Origin: Okeania sp.
GTDB taxonomy: Bacteria > Cyanobacteriota > Cyanobacteriia > Cyanobacteriales > Microcoleaceae
Length of the DNA stretch: 32,000 bases
Assembly: GCF_035285525.1 (NCBI RefSeq)
Contig: NZ_JAYKGW010000193.1
Span: forward strand, 1 to 32,000
Direction: 5' to 3'
Under the pieces are notes generated by a model, which had not been told where the DNA came from, searched no databases, and worked only from the letters and a program-made list of their open reading frames with translations. This document shows positions 26,144-32,000 of the stretch, piece by piece (the first letter of the stretch is position 1; the number at the start of each line of letters is the position of its first letter). Position numbers and translations under genes: made by a program.

Positions 26144-26878
26144 TTAATAATCAATAGGTAAACCATAATATTCAAGAGTTGAAGTATCTTGAATAATATT
26201 TTGCATAGAATTATCTACTTTAATTTGACCAGACTGCAAAATCAAACCACGTTCAGTTACTTTGCTAACCCAGTGTAGATCGTGGGAAGCAATTAAAATA
26301 ATTTTAACTGGTAATCTTAAGATAATTTCAGCTAAGTTACGTCTCCATAGAGGATCTAAACCATTTGTTGGTTCATCTAATATTAAAATATCTGGTTTTA
26401 ATGCTAAAACTGCTGCTAAAGCTGCTAATTTTTTTTGACCTCCTGAAAGTTCATAAACTGAACGATTTGCATATTTTTCTAAACCAAATCTTACTAACAA
26501 ATTTTCAGCAATTTCTGTGGCATTTTCTGGTGATAAACCATAGTTAAGAGGACCAAAAGTTATATCTTCTAAAATAGTAGGCATAAATAATTGGTCGTCA
26601 GGATTTTGGAAACAAAAACCTATCTGACGACGTACTTCAGATAAAGTTTTTTCTTGTAACAAAATTCCTTGAATCCAAACTTCACCAGATAAGGGTTTTT
26701 TTAAGCCTACTAAAGTTTCCATAAAGGTGCTTTTACCTGTACCAGTAGGTCCTAATAAAGCAACTCTTTCTCCTGGTTTAATTATTAATGAAAGATTATC
26801 TAAAATAGGTTCATTTTGTGCATATTGAAATAATAAATCTTTGACATAGATTCCAGCTTTTAATTTTTCCTCTTGCAT
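26144..26878 (-). CDS. cbiO: ECF transporter ATPase component (CbiO/NikO-like)
   Basis: Walker A GPTGTGKST, signature LSGGQKK, Walker B ILILDEPT. I prefer ATG 26878 (MQEEK...). The track start at 26914 is a TTG and its extra 12 codons lie in a tagggag heptamer array. Confidence 0.85.
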   Translation of the reverse strand: MQEEKLKAGIYVKDLLFQYAQNEPILDNLSLIIKPGERVALLGPTGTGKSTFMETLVGLKKPLSGEVWIQGILLQEKTLSEVRRQIGFCFQNPDDQLFMPTILEDITFGPLNYGLSPENATEIAENLLVRFGLEKYANRSVYELSGGQKKLAALAAVLALKPDILILDEPTNGLDPLWRRNLAEIILRLPVKIILIASHDLHWVSKVTERGLILQSGQIKVDNSMQNIIQDTSTLEYYGLPIDY

Positions 26879-26886
26879 TTGTTTTT

Positions 26887-26911
26887 TAGGGAGTAGGGAG
26901 TAGGGAGTAGG
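26887..26911. repeat. Heptamer tandem repeat (TAGGGAG x3.5)
   Basis: tagggag tagggag tagggag tagg, immediately upstream of the cbiO start. Confidence 0.9.
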
Positions 26912-26912
26912 C

Positions 26913-27103
26913 AAGCATTCAGCTATCAGCTATTGTCTTTAGTTTTCGATATAAACCTTTATTAATTGAGCTAACTTAATTGGTTTGAGGTAACAGTTTT
27001 ATTAATTAACACGAAACTATAGCTTACTATAAAAGCTGAGTTTTATTGCTGTTAGCGCAGCTCTGACCCAGGAGGCTAGCTGACAGCTAATAGCTGAATG
27101 CTT
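26913..27103 (+). mobile_element. Family X MITE-like element (copy X1)
   Basis: Terminal inverted repeats aagcattcagctatcagct ... agctaatagctgaatgctt. About 191 bp, between cbiO and cbiQ. Confidence 0.7.
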
Positions 27104-27128
27104 ACGGGAGTAGTAAACTTCTCCAGAA

Positions 27129-27163
27129 AATAGGGAATAGGCAATAGGCAATAGGAAATAGAC
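27129..27163. repeat. Heptamer tandem repeat (AATAGGC-type x5)
   Basis: aataggg aataggc aataggc aatagga aatagac. Confidence 0.9.
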
Positions 27164-27219
27164 TGATGATGAATCTTAGGCTAGTAAATGTTTTTCTAAC
27201 TATTACCTGTTTTTTACTA

Positions 27220-28011
27220 CTATAAAACAAATAATTCTGTCACAATTAAACTAACAGAAATTATTAGAGCCAGAAATAGATATATTAAATCAGAGTCAAA
27301 TTGAATACCATTTCTAGAAATAGAATATATAAACTGATTTTCTTGATTGACTACTGTATTACCATAACCACGCAATAACATTGCTTGATAAACTCGCTCT
27401 GCTTGTTGATAGCTTCGGACTAAAAGACTACCAGTAAGAGCAGCATAAATTGATAAATTTCTCCAACTAATTTTGCTTCTTTGAAAACCTCTTAATTTAG
27501 TAGCTTTGAACATCATATTAAGTTGATGAGATAATTCAAAAATATAACGATAAGATAATAGCAACATATCGGTAATAATAGGAGAAATTCCTAAATTTCT
27601 TATTCCTTTTACGGTTGTTAAAAACGAACTTGTACCAAATAAAACGAGACCAGTAGTTATAATAGCAAAAAAACGACTAACAATTAATATAACTGCTAGA
27701 CAACCTTCTTGGCGAATTGTCAAAAATCCCCATTGCCAAATAATTGTTTGACCAGAAAGAAAAGGCAATAAAATAATTACCCCAAGTAAAAAAAATCCTG
27801 GATAACGTAAACGACTTACTAAAAATGATAAAGGCAATTTAGAAATTCTATAAAGTATTAGAGTTACTAAGACCATCAATGGTATTAAATACCAATTATT
27901 AATTGTCGCAAAGGCAAACATTAATGTGATTAAACCAATCAGTTTATATCTCACATCCCATTGATGTATTGGGGAGTTTAAATTAGCATACTGGTCTAGA
28001 GCAAACTTCAT
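27220..28011 (-). CDS. cbiQ: ECF transporter transmembrane T component (CbiQ/NikQ-like)
   Basis: 263 aa, polytopic. Its position between M and O components, its size and its hydrophobic profile fit CbiQ. Motifs are weak. Confidence 0.7.
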   Translation of the reverse strand: MKFALDQYANLNSPIHQWDVRYKLIGLITLMFAFATINNWYLIPLMVLVTLILYRISKLPLSFLVSRLRYPGFFLLGVIILLPFLSGQTIIWQWGFLTIRQEGCLAVILIVSRFFAIITTGLVLFGTSSFLTTVKGIRNLGISPIITDMLLLSYRYIFELSHQLNMMFKATKLRGFQRSKISWRNLSIYAALTGSLLVRSYQQAERVYQAMLLRGYGNTVVNQENQFIYSISRNGIQFDSDLIYLFLALIISVSLIVTELFVL

Positions 28012-28022
28012 AACTACAAATG

Positions 28023-28064
28023 GATAATGAATAATTAATAATTAATAATCGATAATTAATAATT
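28023..28064. repeat. Heptamer tandem repeat ((A/G)ATAATT x6)
   Basis: gataatg aataatt aataatt aataatc gataatt aataatt, from 12 nt upstream of the cbiQ start into the family A terminus. Confidence 0.9.
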
Positions 28065-28355
28065 AGGGCTTGCTGATTAAACATAAAAGCATTGACAGGT
28101 AAAGTTTTCAAGCTTTGCAGGTACTAATAAAGTACCAGCTTTTAGGTAATTTCGGTACGGTTCCCGAAAAATCATGTTTTCTAAGATTTTGGGCAATATA
28201 GGGGAGAAAATCACTCTGATTGATATTCTCTATGGACGTTGCATAAGGGCGTCCCTACTCTTCTATAATTCTCATTCCCATACGGATTCTGGATTGCAGG
28301 ATTGCAGGATTCTGGCTCCCTCCCTAGAATAAAAGACTTTTTCAGCAGACTCTAA
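28063..28355. mobile_element. MITE-like dispersed repeat, family A
   Basis: Termini ttagggcttgctgattaaa / tttttcagcagactctaa. Collinear with 29817-30061 (accagcttttag, acggttcccgaaaaat, ctctataattctcatt). Confidence 0.7.
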
Positions 28356-28472
28356 TTATAGCAATTTGCAAAGTTCTAAAGTACAGTTGTTTTTCTTCTT
28401 TTCTATTCCCTTAAACCTAAAGTTTTATACTTCATAAAAATGGAAAGTGCTGCGATAATTAATACTTAAGAA

Positions 28473-28808
28473 GTCAGCATTCAGCTATTAGCTTTCAGCT
28501 AGCCTCCAGGGTCAGAGCTGCGCTATCTTTGTCGATTCGATATGGGGAGGAAACCTCCTCATCCCTCGACCGCTTTTTCCTGACGGAATGATCCCCTTTG
28601 CATCTCCCACAGCTTTTCATGTAGGCTCTTAGACAAAAACAGCAATAAAAACCTCAACTTTCAGGAGGAGATTTAAACGAATAAAGAAAGTGAAAACTGA
28701 ATTTTGTAGTCAGATAAAGTTTCTGATTTATTGGGAACCGTATAATAAAGCTTTTATCTAAAATTGAAACCAATAGCTGACCGCTAAATGCTGACTGCTG
28801 ACTGCTTA
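28473..28808 (-). mobile_element. Family X MITE-like element (copy X2, inverted relative to X1, with a nested ~113-bp insert)
   Basis: 28477-28525 is 47/49 identical to the reverse complement of 27053-27101. The other end (caatagctgaccgctaaatgctgac) matches the reverse complement of the X1 left end. 28526-28638 has no counterpart in X1. Confidence 0.7.
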
Positions 28809-29116
28809 CCTTAAGAAACCTTGTGTACAACTTTCTACGAAAATATAATGGCTGATTACCAAACAATTAATAATTAATAGTTAATAATTAATAATCAAGA
28901 GTTTATAGTCAATAATTATTCATTCAATAATTCGCGCCTTGAAGCTTCCCCTATCCTAGGGGATAAATAAAAAATTTTCCTTTTAGTCAATCCCCTTATC
29001 TTTAAGAAGGGGTAATTATTAATTATTTTTCATTGTTAATTGCTGAACATAGGGCTAAAAAGGTTATTTTCAGAACCTCCTAACTTACGAAATTTAGGAC
29101 AAGTTGCACAAGATGT

Positions 29117-29761
29117 TTAAGAAGGTAAAAGTTCTGGCATAACTCGATGCAAAAAACTGATAACCATTGCAGTTAAAATTCCTTCTATTCCCATCAAAGG
29201 AATATGAGCAATCATTAATCCATAAATAGCTGTTTGTTCAAATGAACTATTAAACCCAGAGGGAAGATTTGTAATTATTATGCTAAAAAATATTAAACTA
29301 GATACTCCTATTGCACTAGCTCCAGCAATAAAAGCAAAAATTAGCATTGATAAATTTTCCCTAATTCCTTTTCCAAAAACATGACGTAATTGAAATATTT
29401 GATAAGCTACAATTGCGGGTATTCCCATAATTAAAGCATTAATTCCTAAAGTAGTTAAGCCACCATGTCCAAACATTATTCCCTGAAAAAATAAACCAAT
29501 TAATATTGCTGGAAAAGCATAATAACCTAATACAGTTCCTAACAATCCATTCAACACTAAATGAATGCTAACTGGCGGAATAGGAATATGAATACTAGAA
29601 GCAACAAAAAAGGCTGCTGTTAATAAAGAAGCTTTGGGAATACTTGCTTGAGGATTTGGTAAACGATTAATTTCGCGTAGAGAACGCCAAGTAACTAAAG
29701 AGGTAATTCCATAGCCACTAATACAAAGTTGAGCTGGTAGAATGCCTTCTGAAATATGCAT
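29117..29761 (-). CDS. cbiM: ECF transporter substrate-capture component CbiM/NikM
   Basis: 214 aa, polytopic, with the diagnostic N-terminus MHISEGILP. In this family the N-terminal Met-His participates in metal binding. Confidence 0.85.
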   Translation of the reverse strand: MHISEGILPAQLCISGYGITSLVTWRSLREINRLPNPQASIPKASLLTAAFFVASSIHIPIPPVSIHLVLNGLLGTVLGYYAFPAILIGLFFQGIMFGHGGLTTLGINALIMGIPAIVAYQIFQLRHVFGKGIRENLSMLIFAFIAGASAIGVSSLIFFSIIITNLPSGFNSSFEQTAIYGLMIAHIPLMGIEGILTAMVISFLHRVMPELLPS

Positions 29762-29816
29762 TGTAAAAATTGAAAATTAGACTAATTGATAATAATTAAT
29801 AATTAATAATGGATAA

Positions 29817-30061
29817 TTAAGGTTTACTGAATAAATACTAAAGCCTTTCAAGATAAAAAATCAGCATTTTTAAATCTCTAAAAACTGCCAGCTTTTAAGT
29901 CTTGAAAGTACGGTTCCCGAAAAATAAAAAAATTAGAATTTTAGGCTAACTATGGTAGAAAAATTAAAGGACGATTTTTCCTGCTACCTCCTCTATAATT
30001 CTCATTTCTCCTGACTCCTGAATCCTACTGTTACTCATAATACTTTTTCAGCAAGCCCTAA
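29817..30061. mobile_element. MITE-like dispersed repeat, family A
   Basis: Termini ttaaggtttactgaataaa / tttttcagcaagccctaa. It is followed at once (30062-30092) by a solo left terminus ttaggctttgctgattaaatc, giving a back-to-back terminus junction. Confidence 0.7.
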
Positions 30062-30199
30062 TTAGGCTTTGCTGATTAAATCTCAAAAAACCTAATTAAT
30101 ATCAAGAGGTTTAAAGCCTCTCGTTCCGAATAAATAATTGATAATTAGAGATAGTTTTTATTCTTAACTACTCATTATTAATTATCCATTATTAATTAC

Positions 30200-30697
30200 T
30201 TATTGTGGTTGATCTTGAGTTTTAAATCGCCAGAAAAATAAACCAGTGCCTATAAATCCCCACATAACACAACCGATCATTAATCCTTTTTGTAGTGGAT
30301 TATATTCATTAGATGTACTTGCTAAATAATAGTTACTATTGCTGATTTTTTGACTATCAGAATTTTGAGACTTATCTACTTGAAAAGGCACACTAACTAA
30401 CTCGCCATGACCAGCTTGACGTACTTTAATTTCCCAATATCCAGACTGAGAAGAATCAGGGGAAAAAATAAAGTTTCCTTTCTCATCTGTTGTGCCTTTT
30501 AACCAAGGTTTATTCGGAACATTAGGAGCATAAACTGTTACTGTTGCATTCGCTAAAGGAGTACCACTATCATAAGTAGCATTAATCTGGATTGCTGGAG
30601 TAATTTGATGTTGAATTTTTACTCCATGAGCGCTCGTTTTCCGGTGCAAGCTCAGTACAGATAAAAATATTAAAGGAATAACGAATTGCCATTTCAT
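30200..30697 (-). CDS. Bitopic periplasmic-domain protein, candidate NikL/CbiN-replacing accessory component
   Basis: 165 aa. An N-terminal signal/TM segment ends ..KTSA|HGV. It is followed by a beta-rich domain of about 100 aa (transthyretin / carboxypeptidase-regulatory-like by pattern) and a C-terminal TM (GLMIGCVMWGFIGTGLFFW). The gene lies directly upstream of cbiM. Confidence 0.5.
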   Translation of the reverse strand: MKWQFVIPLIFLSVLSLHRKTSAHGVKIQHQITPAIQINATYDSGTPLANATVTVYAPNVPNKPWLKGTTDEKGNFIFSPDSSQSGYWEIKVRQAGHGELVSVPFQVDKSQNSDSQKISNSNYYLASTSNEYNPLQKGLMIGCVMWGFIGTGLFFWRFKTQDQPQ

Positions 30698-30819
30698 ACC
30701 TTACCTCTATTCATGGTCACTTCAACAATTTTGCAATTCTTTATATTGTGAAATGATTTCTTGTAGAATGGGGTTTATTTTATAGAAAATCCTGAATTGC
30801 TAAAATAAATCTACCAGGA

Positions 30820-30850
30820 GTCAGTATTCAGAAGTCAGAAGTCAGAAGTT
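30820..30850. repeat. Heptamer tandem repeat (GTCAGAA-type x4)
   Basis: gtcagta ttcagaa gtcagaa gtcagaa, then gttaaattattaaagt. The same tail follows the array at 30968. Confidence 0.9.
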
Positions 30851-30881
30851 AAATTATTAAAGTGAAGCGATCGCTACCTTT

Positions 30882-30904
30882 AACTATTGCACAATGGTTT
30901 TTTT
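30882..30904 (+). terminator. Plus-strand terminator-like hairpin resembling the 77-bp repeat junction
   Basis: aactattg-ca-caatggtt followed by a T-run. The 18-mer differs by 1-2 nt from the junction hairpins at 71-88 and 148-165. Confidence 0.35.
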
Positions 30905-30967
30905 ACTCCATATATAGTACATTGACCTAAGTCCTGTAAAATCTCCAAACTATAACGTTATAGTTTC

Positions 30968-31016
30968 ATCAGAAATCAGAAGTCACAAGTCACAAGTCAC
31001 AAGTTAGAAGTTAAAT
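30968..31016. repeat. Heptamer tandem repeat (ATCAGAA x2, GTCACAA x3, GTTAGAA)
   Basis: atcagaa atcagaa gtcacaa gtcacaa gtcacaa gttagaa gttaaat, followed by tattaaagt. Confidence 0.9.
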
Positions 31017-31110
31017 TATTAAAGTCAGATGAGGATAAAAAAAATAAGATGCCGTATTTCAAGGCTCCTGACTCCATGAGGTACTAATAACTAATAACTG
31101 AAATACCCCA

Positions 31111-31959
31111 TCACTTTATTACTGATTCATGGCAATGACCTTCGCCCACATGACCCAAACTTGGTAAAATTCCCATAAATTTTTGGTAGTCAGCAGGAGA
31201 AAGTTGATTTTTTAACTGAGCCATATCTACATCAACTTTTCCTGCGGTAGCGATCGCTACTAGAGGAGCAAAACCTAATGCTCCTGTATTAATTTCTTCA
31301 TCTGGGGCGACACTATTATCGCCGAAAAGATGGTCAAAGTGGAAAGTAGCTTCTAACTCGGCAGTTTCTCCAGGTAGCAGAATACCTTTACGTTCATCCC
31401 CAATAAAATCTCCACAGGTAAATTCTAATTCTTGGTCAATCTTGATAGTAAAAGGTATAGTCTGACCATTTTTAGTACCTGTACCAGTCATTAATAAGGA
31501 GTAATCTTTGACTGGACCATCAATAGCTTTGGGCATTTTCCAAGAGATAGCATTGTAGTGGCCAGGAGGTGCGGATATTTGGCTGACCAAGATAGTTTCT
31601 GCTGTTTCGTTTCCCTCTGCCAAATCTATTGTTTTAGTTTCAGTAACAATTACTTTTTCTGTAGCTTCTGGTTTTTCTCCTGTTTCAGCTTTGTAGGATG
31701 GGTCTGTTTGGTAAGCAGTTACTTCTGCTAGGTTGACATATAGTTTATCAAATGCTATAGTCCATCCATCTTTAGTTACAAAACCTTTTCTCACAAAGTC
31801 TTCTCCATTGGCGCGTATCTGAAGAGTGCCTGGAGTTTTTTCATTTGTCTGAGTTTGGTTTTGATTAGTCTGAACTTGACTCGTTTCGTTTTGACAACTA
31901 CTTAGTAGAACAGTAGGAGCGATAAGAGCTAGAGTTAATACCGTGAAAAGTTTTCTCAT
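31111..31959 (-). CDS. Lipoprotein, candidate periplasmic metal-binding (NikK-like) accessory component
   Basis: 282 aa. Lipobox LLSSC after a signal peptide, a Q/N/T-rich linker, and a C-terminal His/Cys cluster GHVGEGHCHE. It is the first gene of the transporter cluster. Confidence 0.5.
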   Translation of the reverse strand: MRKLFTVLTLALIAPTVLLSSCQNETSQVQTNQNQTQTNEKTPGTLQIRANGEDFVRKGFVTKDGWTIAFDKLYVNLAEVTAYQTDPSYKAETGEKPEATEKVIVTETKTIDLAEGNETAETILVSQISAPPGHYNAISWKMPKAIDGPVKDYSLLMTGTGTKNGQTIPFTIKIDQELEFTCGDFIGDERKGILLPGETAELEATFHFDHLFGDNSVAPDEEINTGALGFAPLVAIATAGKVDVDMAQLKNQLSPADYQKFMGILPSLGHVGEGHCHESVIK

Positions 31960-32000
31960 CTTTGATTATTGAAAAAATCCTCTAACTAGTATAAAACCTT

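Noticed and set aside
26915-31110. Cobalamin riboswitch or NikR operator controlling the transporter
   Set aside because: I could find no B12-box-like core or conserved riboswitch segments in any internal spacer. The real operon promoter region lies beyond the window end (after 31959), so it cannot be assessed.
1-32000. tRNA, rRNA, tmRNA and RNase P RNA genes
   Set aside because: I found no T-loop GGTTCGAATCC-like motifs in a cloverleaf context, no rRNA-like conserved blocks, and no RNase P GAGGAAAGTCC core during a visual scan. This is not a substitute for tRNAscan or Infernal.

Overview
AT-rich cyanobacterial chromosomal segment, most consistent with a heterocyst-forming (Nostocales-type) genome. 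Supporting evidence: ntcA, the ycf46/ycf35 pair, 12 copies of the HIP1 palindrome GCGATCGC, and many heptameric STRR-like tandem repeats. I support 24 intact CDS plus one pseudogene. The first 11 kb carries genes on both strands (cutA, a YqgF-like nuclease, DUF3084, ntcA, fabI, hisB, ABC1 kinase, leuD). From 11.7 kb to the end, 16 consecutive CDS are on the minus strand: TerB-like, M61 peptidase, Crp-family regulator, ycf35, ycf46, an RHH/zinc-knuckle protein, a VOC protein, two SAM methyltransferases, a 972-aa secreted-type phosphodiesterase, and a five-gene ECF-type Ni/Co transporter cluster. I found no rRNA, tRNA, CRISPR array, transposase, integrase or recognisable defence genes. The most striking property is non-coding. 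Roughly 4 kb by my hand-drawn boundaries is dispersed MITE-like repeat in three families that I call A, X and Y, plus heptamer arrays that sit at gene borders. I do not see a clear-cut novel multi-gene system. The best candidates for follow-up are: (1) a six-unit Pho-box-like array upstream of the GDPD/phytase-like/RTX gene; (2) the RHH - ycf46 - ycf35 module with a palindromic operator over a perfect -35; (3) family Y, a ~110-bp element found 4 out of 4 times directly upstream of a start codon in the same orientation; (4) the repeat-riddled metal transporter operon, which lacks cbiN and has inverted repeat copies flanking cbiQ; (5) a 77-bp tandem array cut by the window edge. All coordinates of non-ORF features were derived by eye and may be off by a few bases.
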